A DNA stretch of 63,738 nucleotides, counting the filler, from Thraustochytrium aureum (lineage: Eukaryota): NCBI GenBank assembly GCA_012862495.1. It is 6 parts of 6 records of this genome, joined end to end, with 100 filler letters (N's around TTAATTAATTAA, not from the genome) between each part and the next. Parts side by side here need not be neighbours in the genome. Positions count along the whole stretch, not along the records: positions 38,626 to 59,954 come from BLSG01000046.1; 5 more parts are not named here. One strand, 5' to 3'. The notes below the pieces were generated by a model that searched no databases, had not been told where the DNA came from, and saw only the letters and a program-made list of their open reading frames with translations. Positions 42,905 through 54,879 of this stretch are shown piece by piece. Position 1 is the stretch's first letter, and each line of letters starts with the position of its first letter. The position numbers and the translations under genes were made by a program.

Positions 42905-44440
42905 TCAATCAAGCTTTTTTGAGACCGAAAAAATGAACCCGCTGAAGACGGCCTCAAAGATAACCGAGCAGGTGTACACGCCGCCGAGGATGGCACACAT
43001 CCCGGTCAAGCCCTCTATCCAAGGCTTGGCCTCCTCGGTGACCTGCACCTTGAGCGGGCTCAAGTCGTACGAGATTATCACCTCTGGGGAGCCTCCCTCG
43101 GAGTCGTGCGTGTTGCTGTTGATCGTGTACTCGTACGCGTGAATGGGGTGCCCGCGCAGCGGGACTCGTGTCGTGGACACCACCTTGATGTAGTGCTCGA
43201 AAGAGGCGTTGGTGTTCTCCGCGGTGAAGCCGACCTCGTCCTCCTGCTCGGCGAGGACCACGGGACGGCCAACTTTCTCCGCGTACGCGCCGTCCATGTT
43301 TCCCGGCGTCTGCTTGCGCACTGCTTTGGGCGAGCGGTTGCCAAAGCTGAGGTGCTTAATCGTGTGGTCCATGTCGAGCATGCCCGTGTTGAACGTGTGC
43401 GCTGTCGACTTGGGTCGGAAGATGACTTGGCCCGGGACGCGCTGCACCATCATGTAGCCATCAATCCGACATCCCTTGGAGTGGACCTGCGAGTCGGGGA
43501 CGCCGTCCTTGTTGGCGTCGTGGCCGCCCTTGACGTCCGCGTGCGCGATCTGGGCCGCCGGGTCCTTCTTCTGCACCTCTTGCAAGACGCTGATGGCAAA
43601 GTCTGCAATCGGCTTGGCTTCACGCTCCCCGCTATAGGCCTCATAGTACTTGCCGCGAGGGCCAGTGACGATGTTGTTCGTGCTCTGTCGAAATACAAGA
43701 ATCGTCGGGAAGGCTTGAATGTGGTTGTTCATGCACACCCGGCGATGTGCAGGCACGGTGCAGTCAAGCGTGGCCAGAGCCACCGAGTGCTTGTGGTGGC
43801 CGTCCACCTCGACTGGTGCGCGCTGTTTGACCAGGTCGGCTGCGTGCTCGAAGATGGGAGACAAGTTCTGGCAGTGCACGCACCAAGGTGCATGAAAGTC
43901 GACCAGCAAGACCTCAAACTTGTCCACCATCTCGGAAAACGAGGTGCCGGTGAGCTCAATCGCATGGCGGGTGTTGCCATAGTGGTCCTTGTCCGTTCCT
44001 GCGTACAGGTGCTCAAGGTCCTTTTTGTCGTCGTTGGCAAACCCCACGAACTGGCCGTCCAGCGAGTATTTGTGAACTGTGCGGTCAGAGACGTCGTCGC
44101 GCTTCTTGCCGATCACATTCTTCAGGTCGACGCTCGCGAACTCGCACGACAGGTGCGGAAACGTGATGTTGAAGTTGATCTGGAAGATGCCGTCCTCTGT
44201 GTGGTCGATCTCGATCGAGGTCACCTCTTTAATCGCCAGAAAATTGCGAACCTCCATCACGAACAGCGTCACGAAAAACACCACAAACACCACCGAGATC
44301 GACCCGCCCACAGCGGTCGCTTCCGTGAGGTCCTTGGGAACCTTTCTATACAGATCGAGCGCGCGTAGCCTCGCGCCCAGCCCTCCGGCGGTCCCAGGTG
44401 TGGCGCCTGCCCCGCTCGCGCCGACCGACCTTTGCTTCAT
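42905..44440 (-). CDS. PDI-C type protein: Erv41/Erv46 (ERGIC) cargo receptor with an inserted thioredoxin domain
   Basis: LDLYRKVPKDLTEAT (ERGIC_N), TM1, FNITFPHLSC, DFHAPWCVHC thioredoxin site, GCRIDG..VQRVPG, YDLSPLKV, CAILGG TM2, C-terminal KKLD. Confidence 0.93.
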   Translation of the reverse strand: MKQRSVGASGAGATPGTAGGLGARLRALDLYRKVPKDLTEATAVGGSISVVFVVFFVTLFVMEVRNFLAIKEVTSIEIDHTEDGIFQINFNITFPHLSCEFASVDLKNVIGKKRDDVSDRTVHKYSLDGQFVGFANDDKKDLEHLYAGTDKDHYGNTRHAIELTGTSFSEMVDKFEVLLVDFHAPWCVHCQNLSPIFEHAADLVKQRAPVEVDGHHKHSVALATLDCTVPAHRRVCMNNHIQAFPTILVFRQSTNNIVTGPRGKYYEAYSGEREAKPIADFAISVLQEVQKKDPAAQIAHADVKGGHDANKDGVPDSQVHSKGCRIDGYMMVQRVPGQVIFRPKSTAHTFNTGMLDMDHTIKHLSFGNRSPKAVRKQTPGNMDGAYAEKVGRPVVLAEQEDEVGFTAENTNASFEHYIKVVSTTRVPLRGHPIHAYEYTINSNTHDSEGGSPEVIISYDLSPLKVQVTEEAKPWIEGLTGMCAILGGVYTCSVIFEAVFSGFIFSVSKKLD

Positions 44441-45666
44441 CCTGCCGAGCGTGCGGCCGCGACGGCAGCCCGAACAGCCAGGGCAGCAGCAAGCCAGCAA
44501 GCCACGCGAAAACACGGCCCGAATGGCCTGCGAACCCGCACGCCCGCAGCAGCCACGCGGCCAGCACCAATAACGCTCGTGCTCGCCCCAAGAAAGGGTG
44601 TCTGCCTGCCTGCCAGCTTGCCTAACCTACTCCCACCGAACAATTCCCTAAACCCTAACCCACGCGTCAGGGGAGTTAGGGCCACGCGGCTTAAACCCCG
44701 CCTCCTCTTCATAAGGCGCCGTCGCAACAACTCACTCGGTGTACCTTAACAAGATAAAAGTGGATCCTAGAGGCGACCGTGCCACGAAGGCGTTGCGCAG
44801 CTGGCTTGCATGCCACTTTAGGACGCCGAGTGGTGGGCATTTGGGGTGCAGCGCGCCTGACAAGCCGCTGGCGTTGATTTTTTTGGTTGGGCGTGTGTGT
44901 TTCGGGTGTGCACTCTGCACGCTGCTGATCAATGTGAATGTGCGAGCGAGCGATGCGAAAGCGCACTGGCAGCAAGCAGGCTCATGAGGAGTTGGTCTGC
45001 TCAAGCTTGGTCTGCTTGCCTGGCGGGCAAGTGTCCTGGCCACTGGCAGCGGCATCTCGTTCAACCCAATCAACCTAGGCCTACTAGCATTTCGCAAGGT
45101 CCGAGCCTCGCCCACCGCGGCGCTGCCAGAGGTGATGGAGCTCGGCGTCAGATCATCCGTCACGAGCTCGCGGAAATGGGGTGCTTTGCCTTCTTCTTGT
45201 GCAAGTTGAAACCATGATTGCCAAGAGATTGGTCGATCGATGGGAGACTCTGGACTTTGTTCACTTGGACCAACTTGTGGCGATGGATGATGCGACAGGC
45301 AGGTTGGCGCCGCCGGTCTCTGCTGACCGCGGTTGTCTCTTGCGCCGAAGACGCTTCGCTCTCGCCGCGCGGCCCACCGACCTCGTGAGCCTCGACGCAA
45401 CCTCGTCCGTGCTGTCCCGCTCTGCGCGCTCTGCGGGGCCGCACTGCTCGAGCGCGCTCGCTGTTGGCGCAGGCTCACGGACTTGACCGGGGCGCAGGAC
45501 CAGCGCCGGGGTGGAGCGCGCTACTCGGTAGCCCGCTGGCTGCGACGGAGGGGCGCGGGGCTACGGCCGGTCCGGGCCGGAGGACCTACCGCACAGCAAG
45601 CGCAACTGGAAACTGGCCAAAGCTGGTCCGGCCTTGTCGACTAGCGCAGCTCCCCGCGACCTGGTC

Positions 45667-46989
45667 ATGACTGAGCAGGGCGGGCAAGCCAGCGTCCTCG
45701 AGCTAGACGAGGAGGCAGCGGCAGCGGCCAGGCGAATCAGCACCTGCAGCAGCATGGGCCGGCGCAAAAGCAAGCGGGGTGAGCCGGAGGCTGAATCGGA
45801 GGTGATGAAAGCCCTCGGCACAGAGCACATGAGTGGTGCGCGGAATTCGCGGACGAGGAGGCGAAAGGGCGTTGCTTCGAGCGAGGGGACAAAGGCGCTG
45901 TCGACACGATCGCAGCGGTTTTTGGACGAGTTCGACGAAGAAGTGCAAGACCCCGCCGACGGAAAAGACCCGCGGGGGTCTTTCAACGAATTCGATGACC
46001 TTGAGGACTTTGCTCCGGACGACGAAGTTGGCTCGCAAACCTCCTCGACAGCCAGCAGTCGCGGCTCCCGCCGGCTGCACAGGACCGAGACCCCACAGCT
46101 TTTGCAAGTCCCGGTGCCAAAAATCATGCACGTGGTCGCGCCGGTGCGGGCTGCCAGCAAGTTCAAGAGCTTGGGCAAGCAGGTCTTTGAGAGCGAGCAT
46201 GTGAAGCGGCTCGCAGAGAAGCGGCGAGCGGCGCAGAAGGAGCTCGGCTCCCTGACCAACTCTTTCCTCGAGTCTGACTACTTTGTAAACATGGTCAATC
46301 AGGCCTTTGACGAGTGCGACATCGACGGGAACGGTTCCATCGAGGCCTCCGAGCTCTATGCCGGGATCCTTCTTCTCTACCGTACGTTTCTCCTTCGCTT
46401 TGCAGACTTGTTGCTGCTTGCCCGCATGATGACTGACCGATGAGAGCACGTGCGCGCCCCGCTCTGACTCGCAGACAACATCAATCGGATTCCCTGGGGG
46501 GGGCGCAAGCCGCCGCCCACGCGCGAGCAAGTACTTGTGACCATGAAAAAGTACGACTTTGACGGCAGTAACACCCTAGACAGGGACGAGTTTCTCGCCC
46601 TGTGCCAGGACCTCTGCTCCAATATTGCCGTCGACGTCAGCAAGCGCGTGCTGCTCGTACTCTTGGTGTTTCCGTCCATGGCGCTTCCATGCAAGCGGCT
46701 GACCGAGGGAACGCTGCGCGTCGTTGGCCTTGGCGCGGTCAGCAACGTGCTCGCAGCAGTGCCGGACCACCTGTTCACGTCCCTCTTCGTGGCTATTATG
46801 GTGACGGTCATGCCGTATATCGAGCAAAACCTTTTGCAGCCCTCCCACACCTGGGAGGCGCTCTCGAAAATGCGCAAGCGCGACATTAAGATGTTCCGCC
46901 GCCAGCGTCGCAAGAAGCTTGAGAGCTCCAAGATCCGCAAGTACTTCAACGACAAGAGCGAGAGCACTGACTTTGTGCCGGAGCTGTAG
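45667..46989 (+). CDS. EF-hand membrane protein (intron 46382-46474)
   Basis: EF hands DIDGNGSIEASE and DFDGSNTLDRDE join in frame across a GTACGT...CGCAG intron; two hydrophobic segments follow. Confidence 0.85.
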
Positions 46990-47813
46990 CAAGTTTTCAC
47001 TCTCTACTCGCTCAAGCTCGAGCCTAGGCGAAGTAGAGTAGAGAGAACACAGGAAGAGTAGCAAGCAAGCAAGCGCATGCAGGCAGGCAGACAGACAACG
47101 GGCACGACAACTATCTCCATCTCAAGCTCCTCAAGCTTCTGCTCTAGCTCGAGCTACATGAAGATAGAGATAGACAACGAGAGAATCAAATCGATCATCA
47201 TCAAGCCCAGTGTGGCAGCAAATCGTTCGTTGTTTTACCTCGTGCACAGAACAGAGCCTCGCATCGTTCGCGCCTGTCGCTTGCCGCAACAGCTTCGCGT
47301 CAAGCACGAAGGTCTTCTTTTCTTTTTAAGTTCTACGTGTTGCTTTGCTATTTTAGAACACAGTAAACGAACATGTCAAGTATAAGGACCGGAATCGGAA
47401 CGAGAGGCGAACGGAAGAAGCGCAGAACGAGTCGCAGAGCCCCAAGCCGACCAACACCAGCAGCANNNNNNNNNNNNNNNNNNNNNNNNNNNNNNNNNNN
47501 NNNNNNNNNNNNNNNNNNNNNNNNNNNNNNNNNNNNNNNNNNNNNNNNNNNNNNNNNNNNNNNNNNNNNNNNNNNNNNNNNNNNNNNNNNNNNNNNNNNN
47601 NNNNNNNNNNNNNNNNNNNNNNNNNNNNNNNNNNNNNNNNNNNNNNNNNNNNNNNNNNNNNNNNNNNNNNNNNNNNNNNNNNNNNNNNNNNNNNNNNNNN
47701 NNNNNNNNNNNNNNNNNNNNNNNNNNNNNNNNNNNNNNNNNNNNNNNNNNNNNNNNNNNNNNNNNNNNNNNNNNNNNNNNNNNNNNNNNNNNNNNNNNNN
47801 NNNNNNNNNNNNN

Positions 47814-49390
47814 CGGCTCTTTCGAGCGTGTTCAACCCAATCGTGCTCCCACTGTTCCTGAGCGACGTGGGGTTCCAGAGCTGGACCTCGTACTGTTCGA
47901 GCTGTTGAGTCTCCTCAAATGGAAGTTTGAGCACAGTATGCTCCACAGCACGCTCGAAATGTCGTTGCGAGGGCCGCGTCTGCGGCTCTTCTTCGATAGG
48001 CTCGAGGCCAAGATCAGCGCGCATGTCGGCACGCTTCCGGCCTTTCCTGGACGTGCTCGACTCTCCAATGCTCGCGGTGCGCGAAACTGAGGGCCGGCAA
48101 GCCTTTGACACAAAAGTTCAAGAGCAGCTCAAGAGGAACGGCGGCGTCATGCGCGTCGAGCACCTGATAGAGGACGAAGATGGAAAGTCCTGGTGGCTCG
48201 ACCAATTTGGCTGTTCAACATACGCCGTGGCGTGGGCCAAGTTTGAGGACAGGCTCGCCAACCACCCAGACGAACACGTCAGGACCCTCGCGGGGCACCC
48301 TGAAGTCCTGGGCACACTGCGGGAGACGATCAGCCCGCAACAGCGCAAGGCAGTGACGCTGTTCCAGTGGAGCGAGTTTCTCTGGTCGTACGGCCCAGGA
48401 GTCCGAGTTGCTCTCATCCAGATGATCGCGTCTTCAAGAAGCGCGCCTTGGTTTGCGGGGGCGCTCAGCTACGACGAAGCGCGTTCGGTGCTCACGCCGT
48501 TTCCGGGCGGGACTTTTCTCATCCGATTCAGCGAATCTGCAGTTTGCACATGGGCTGTCTCATATGCGAACGAGGTGACTGGTGTAATCAATCACGCGCT
48601 GGTACAGGCCGTCTCGCCGGACCCGTTAAGGCCTGGCGGCGCGGGCCCCGACGACTACTACTTTAGATGCGGGCAAAAGCGCTACCGGTCGTTTGCCGAG
48701 ATTGTGGCGGTCAACGCGGGCCAGCTCCGGCACCCGGCGCCGAACGTTAAAAACTTGGGACCAGCGCGGTGCTTTCGCGATTTTTTGACGTTTGAGGAGG
48801 CGGAGGACATGCTGCGCGGGCAGCGAGCAGGCACCTTCCTGATTCGGTTCAGTATCAACCAGGAGGGGTGCCTCGTCGTCGCCTACGTGACCGCGGAGGG
48901 GGCCATTTTGCAGTCCAAGATTTACTGCGAGCCAGAGCGCGGCTTCGTGCTTGGCGGCCAGGTCTACAAGCGCATCCCTGACATGATCAAGCAGAATCGA
49001 ACCAAGCTCCGCTACCCGCTCGCCGTCCAGTACGGCGGCGGCTGGCTCGACCTCGACGCAGAGGACATGGATGAGACGATTATGTCGAATCACGTGGGCG
49101 CGCGCGAGCGCCGCGCAGAGAGCGGCAATTATGGCGCGCTTGACGCCGCTGGCTCGATGCGCATGTCGGCTGAAGCAACCTACCTGCCTCTCGGCGAGGT
49201 GACCCATTCAGACGGCTGGCCGGCGGACAAGTACTACGACGCTTCTTCTGCCTACGGCTCCGTTGCGCTGCCAGGAGACGACGCCTACGATAATGCCGCC
49301 TACTGTGACGTCTACGGTCCAGTCGGGCTTAGCGCCGGTCTGAGCGACCCAGGCTCGCACGAGGACGTGTACTGGCCAGTGCAACAGTAG
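47814..49390 (+). CDS. Tandem SH2-domain protein with a Tyr-rich C-terminal tail; 5' end in gap
   Basis: WFAGALSYDEARSVL...GTFLIRFSES and FRDFLTFEEAEDML...GTFLIRFS (FLVRES-like, conserved Arg); the preceding helical region VTLFQWSEFLWSYGP resembles the EF-like segment found before Cbl/Shk-type SH2 domains. Confidence 0.88.
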
Positions 49391-49950
49391 AGGTAGAGTA
49401 TTCTAAACTCTACCAAGCGCGCCGCGCATTGTAGAGTATTGTAGCGGAGCATGTAGTAGCGGGCGTACCGGTCCTCGTCCATCTCGCCGCTCTCCGGCGC
49501 AGACTCTGATCAGTTGACCCAAGCCGCGCGTCACGACGCACAGATTCGCTCGACGGGCACACCCTGATGGGAACCCATCCACGACCACAAACAAAACTCG
49601 AGTCGAGCGCGACGCACCACGAGGCGCTCCTCACGACGTACCTCGAACGAAGCAGTGCCAGGTGAGCACCCGACCACTGGCTGGCTGGCTGGTGATCAGC
49701 ATTGGATTGGCATGGAGGCGACCAACCACGCACCACGAAACAAACATCCATCGTGGCAATCTCTCCCTACCTACAACAACAACAACGACAACAAAAAACA
49801 GCAAAACAGGAGAAGAACAAACGAATGATCTATATGATCTGCATGTGGTCTGTGAGGATGCACTCACTACTTGCAGTGGGAGGGAGGGGTGCGTGAGAGA
49901 GAGACGGACGGACGCGAGCAGAACAGCGTCTGAGGCAGACACCAAACCGC

Positions 49951-50007
49951 ACGCAGGCAGGCAGGCAGGCACGCAGGCACGCAGGCAGGCAGGCAGGCAC
50001 GCAGGCA
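49951..50007. repeat. (GCAG)n microsatellite
   Basis: Tandem GCAG/GCAC units next to a gap. Confidence 0.8.
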
Positions 50008-50253
50008 NNNNNNNNNNNNNNNNNNNNNNNNNNNNNNNNNNNNNNNNNNNNNNNNNNNNNNNNNNNNNNNNNNNNNNNNNNNNNNNNNNNNNNNNNNNNN
50101 NNNNNNNNNNNNNNNNNNNNNNNNNNNNNNNNNNNNNNNNNNNNNNNNNNNNNNNNNNNNNNNNNNNNNNNNNNNNNNNNNNNNNNNNNNNNNNNNNNNN
50201 NNNNNNNNNNNNNNNNNNNNNNNNNNNNNNNNNNNNNNNNNNNNNNNNNNNNN

Positions 50254-52851
50254 NGCCGCGTGTGCAGTTTGCGTGGAACAGCGGGGACGCTGCCAAGCCC
50301 AAGCCGCAGACGAGCGGCCCCCCCGCGGCCCTTTCTCCAAGGCTGCGGCGGAGAGCGTGCCGAACCCGTACAACTACGAGGCGCTCAGCGGGAACGAGTC
50401 GATCAACAGCCTCCGCGTGGACGCTGCCAAGCTCGACTGGTCGCAGCCCACGGACGAGTACCCCGCCGAGTACCCGTACTTTGTGCGTGGTCGCGACTCG
50501 GTGCGCGAGTACATCATCGAGCTGTTCACGCGCGAGATTGCCATGTACGACGGCGCCATGGGCACCATGATCCAAAACTACTCCAAGGACCACACGCTTG
50601 GCGAGGAGGAGTACCGCGGCGAGCGGTTCAAGGACTGGGCCTCCTCCGTGAAGGGCAACAACGACCTTCTCACGCTGTCGCAGCCGCACATCATCAAGGG
50701 GATCCACACCCAGTACCTCGAGAGCGGGTCGCAGCTGATCGGGACCAACACGTTCAGCTCCACCACGATCGCACAAGCGGACTACAAGATGGAGAAACTC
50801 GCGTACGAGCTCAACTACCACGGCGCGCGCCTGGCGCGCGAGGCATGCGACGAGATGACCGCCAAGGACCCGACTCGCCCGCGCTTTGTCGTCGGCGCCC
50901 TCGGCCCCACGAACCGGACGGCCTCCATCTCGCCGGACGTCGAGGACCCCGCCGGCCGCAACGTCACCTTTGACGAACTCGTCGAGGCGTACTTTGAGCA
51001 GGTCGTCGGTCTGATGGACGGCGGGGCCGATATCCTGATGGTCGAGACGATCTTCGACACGCTCAACGCCAAGGCGGCACTGTTTGCCATCACCAAGTAC
51101 CTCGACGAGACCGAGCTGGACGTCCCGGTGTTTGTGAGCGGCACGCTCGTCGACCAGAGCGGGCGCACGCTCTCTGGGCAGACCGGCGAGGCGTTCTACA
51201 CCTCGATCCGCCACGTTCGGCCGATGTGCGTGGGGCTCAACTGCGCGCTCGGCGCGCAGCAAATGTTCCCCTTCCTGGAGCGCCTCTCGAAGATCGTCGA
51301 GTGCTACGTACACGTGTACGCGAACGCAGGCCTCCCGAATGCGATGGGCGGCTACGACGACACGCCCGCCGACATGGCCAAGTACAACACGCCGTTCTTC
51401 GAGGGCAACTTTATCAACATGGTTGGTGGCTGCTGCGGCAGCACGCCGCCGCACATTGCGGCCCTCGCCCAGTGCATCAAGGAGAACGAGTTCAAGCCGC
51501 GCGAGCTCCCCGCGCTCGGCCAGCCCAAGATGTGGCTGTCAGGCCTCGAGCACCTCATTGTGGANNNNNNNNNNNNNNNNNNNNNNNNNNNNNNNNNNNN
51601 NNNNNNNNNNNNNNNNNNNNNNNNNNNNNNNNNNNNNNNNNNNNNNNNNNNNNNNNNNNNNNNNNNNNNNNNNNNNNNNNNNNNNNNNNNNNNNNNNNNN
51701 NNNNNNNNNNNNNNNNNNNNNNNNNNNNNNNNNNNNNNNNNNNNNNNNNNNNNNNNNNNNNNNNNNNNNNNNNNNNNNNNNNNNNNNNNNNNNNNNNNNN
51801 NNNNNNNNNNNNNNNNNNNNNNNNNNNNNNNNNNNNNNNNNNNNNNNNNNNNNNNNNNNNNNNNNNNNNNNNNNNNNNNNNNNNNNNNNNNNNNNNNNNN
51901 NNNNNNNNNNNNNNNNNNNNNNNNNNNNNNNNNNNNNNNNNNNNNNNNNNNNNNNNNNNNNNNNNNNNNNNNNNNNNNNNNNNNNNNNNNNNNNNNNNNN
52001 NNNNNNNNNNNNNNNNNNNNNNNNNNNNNNNNNNNNNNNNNNNNNNNNNNNNNNNNNNNNNNNNNNNNNNNNNNNNNNNNNNNNNNNNNNNNNNNNNNNN
52101 NNNNNNNNNNNNNNNNNNNNNNNNNNNNNNNNNNNNNNNNNNNNNNNNNNNNNNNNNNNNNNNNNNNNNNNNNNNNNNNNNNNNNNNNNNNNNNNNNNNN
52201 NNNNNNNNNNNNNNNNNNNNNNNNNNNNNNNNNNNNNNNNNNNNNNNNNNNNNNNNNNNNNNNNNNNNNGCATGCTATCCTCGAGAGCGGCATGGACGTC
52301 GGCATCGTCAACGCCGCCGAACTGATGTCGGCGTCCGAGGTCGATGCGGAGCTTCTGCCGATCTGCGAGGACCTCGTCTTTAACCGTACCCCAGAGGCCA
52401 CCGAGCACATGCTGGACGCCACAACCAAAGAAAAAGAGCGCCTGCAGAAGCTCAAGGAGGGCGGAGACGCTGGGCCGAGGTGAAGAAGGACGCGTGGCGC
52501 TCACTTCCAGTCAAAGAGCGTCTATCCCACGCCCTTGTGAACGGCATCCCGCAGTACATCGACGGCGACGTTGAGGAGTGCCGCAAGCAAGTGGGCCGCC
52601 CCTTGAACGTGATCGAAGGCCCGCTCATGGACGGCATGAACATTGTGGGCGATCTCTTTGGCTCCGGCAAGATGTTTTTGCCGCAGGTGATCAAGTCTGC
52701 CCGCGTGATGAAAAAGGCTGTGGCATACCTCCTGCCGTTCATGGAGAAGGAGAAGGAAGACAACCTCATTGCGCAGGGCATCGACCCTTCCACGGTGGCG
52801 GAGGACGACGACTCGGCCTTTGCTGGAAAGGTGCTGATGGCCACCGTCAAG

Positions 52852-52883
<32 letters not shown>

Positions 52884-54296
52884 CGGCATCGTTCTACAGT
52901 GCAACTCGCTCAAGGTGATTGACATCGGGGTGATGTGCTCCTGCGAGGACATTCTGGCCGCCGCCAAGCAGCACAATGTGGACGTGATCGGGCTCTCCGG
53001 GCTCATCACGCCTTCGCTCGAGGAGATGGTCCATGTCGCAAAGGAGATGAAGAAGGCGGGCTTTACCGTTCCGCTCCTGATCGGCGGTGCCACCACGAGC
53101 AAGACGCACACCGCCGTCAAGGTCTCGCCCAACTACACATCGGCGCAGCACCCGGTCATCCATGTCCTTGATGCCTCGCGCGCTGTGACGGTCGTGCAAA
53201 ACCTGCTCGGCGACGGCAAGGCTGACTATGTCGAGGACATCCTCGAGGACTACGAGGAGATCCGCGAGGACTATTACGCCGGCCTGGAGGAGCGCAAGTA
53301 CCTGACCTTTGACAAGGCGCAAAAGCTGTCCAAGCCGATCGACTTTGTGTCTCGGCCCCCTGCTGCGGCGCCCAACTCGGGCTTCGGCGCCCAAAAGGCC
53401 CCGCCGTGCAAAATCGAGGAGGTGCTCCCGTACATTGACTGGAACCCCTTTTTCCAGACGTGGGAGCTCCGTGGAACGTACCCGAACCGGTCGTACCCCA
53501 AGATTTTCGAGGACAAGCGCGTCGGGTCGGAGGCGAAGAAGCTCTTTGACGACGCACAGGCGATGATCACGCAGATCGTCAATGACGGGTCCATGTGGCT
53601 TGCCGGCGCGCTCGCCTTTTACCCGGCCAACCGCAGCGCCGACGGCGAGGACGTCGTGCTCTACGAGGACGAGTCGCGCACCACGGAGAAGGGCCGCTTC
53701 TGCATGCTTCGGCAGCAGGCGCAGAAAGAGAGTGACGAACCCATGATGAGCCAGGCGGACTTTATCGCGCCAGCCGGCCACAAGGACTACCTCGGCATGT
53801 TTGCGGTCGCCTGCCACGGCTGCGACGATCTCGCCAAGAAGTTTGAAGAGGACAACGACGATTACAGCAAGATCCTCGCCCAGGCGCTCGCTGACCGCTT
53901 CGTGGAGGCTTACGCTGAAAGCTTCACCATGACATTCGCGTCAAGCTGTGGGGTTACGCCAAGGACGAGACCCTGGCGCACGAGGACCTGCTCAAGGTCA
54001 AGTACGACGGGATCCGCCCGGCGCCGGCATACCCGAGCCAGCCCGACCACACGGAGAAGGACACGCTCTGGAGCCTGCTGGACGCAGAGAACCTTGCCGC
54101 CATGAAGCTGTCCTCGAGCTACTCGATGCTTCCCGCCTCGTCGGTCTCCGCGCTGGTCTTCGCGCACCCTGACTCGGAGTACTTTGCTGTTGGCCAAATC
54201 TGCAAAGACCAGGTCGAGAGCTATGCCGCTCGCAAAGGGCAGTCCGTCGAGTTTGTCGAGAAGTGGCTCGCCCAGAACCTCGCATACGACAACTAG
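50254..54296 (+). CDS. METH: Cobalamin-dependent methionine synthase (internal gap; frameshifts near 52475 and 53925)
   Basis: [66 protein letters not shown] (DxHxxG), [17 protein letters not shown]; activation domain [21 protein letters not shown]. Confidence 0.97.
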
Positions 54297-54879
54297 CTCG
54301 AGCTCGCCAGCGTCCGGCCTGCCAGCGCGCAAGATAGAGTCCCAACCAAAAAACCAAAACCAAAACCAAAACAGAAAGGCCTCCGAACACCCGCGCCCAG
54401 CAGCCGGCCGCTGCCGACACGATCGAGTCCGAGCGGGCGCCAGCAGGCCCGCGCAAGCCACGAGCAAACCAAGTACCTGTAGACTCCGTCGTTTTCCGGC
54501 CGAGTCTGCGAGCGTTCCAAGACCGGTCCGTGATCGTTCTGATCGAGCCGGAGCAAGAGCGTGGGCCTCGAGAGCAGAGGCGCTCGGGGCGGGGACGCGG
54601 AGCAGCACGGGCAACGCGCGCGATGCGTCGTGGGTGCGCCTCGGCAGTACGCGAATAGTTCTCGCTGCCTCGCGCTCGCGGCGCTCCAGGCTGGTTTTCG
54701 GTCTTTGCGGGAGCCCATTTGCGCGCTTGCTCGCTCGCTCGGTCCTGGGACGCCCGGTCGTGCGCTTCCCTCCCTCTCCGTGGCTCTCCCTCCTCCTGCG
54801 CGGGCGAGCGCTCCTGGCGCTGGGCGCCGCAGCCGCCACGCACGGGGCTGCGCGCACCGCGGCTGCGAAGGGACGCGGG

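Noticed and set aside
44646..44660. CCCTAAACCCTAACCC telomere-like / telo-box motif (also GGGTTAGGG near 25685)
   Set aside because: Only about two units; too short to call a telomere or a supported regulatory site.
49631..51454. Long antisense ORFs opposite MetH, UMP-CMP kinase, IPK and PDI-C
   Set aside because: Expected by-product of high GC3 codon bias; no recognisable domains.
52460..53940. Frameshifts in MetH (also in Dispatched, Cbp3, GTPBP and IQ-LRR) as programmed frameshifting or pseudogenisation
   Set aside because: They are scattered single-base slips in otherwise well-conserved genes, with no shared slippery motif, in a gap-rich draft; sequencing error is the simplest explanation.
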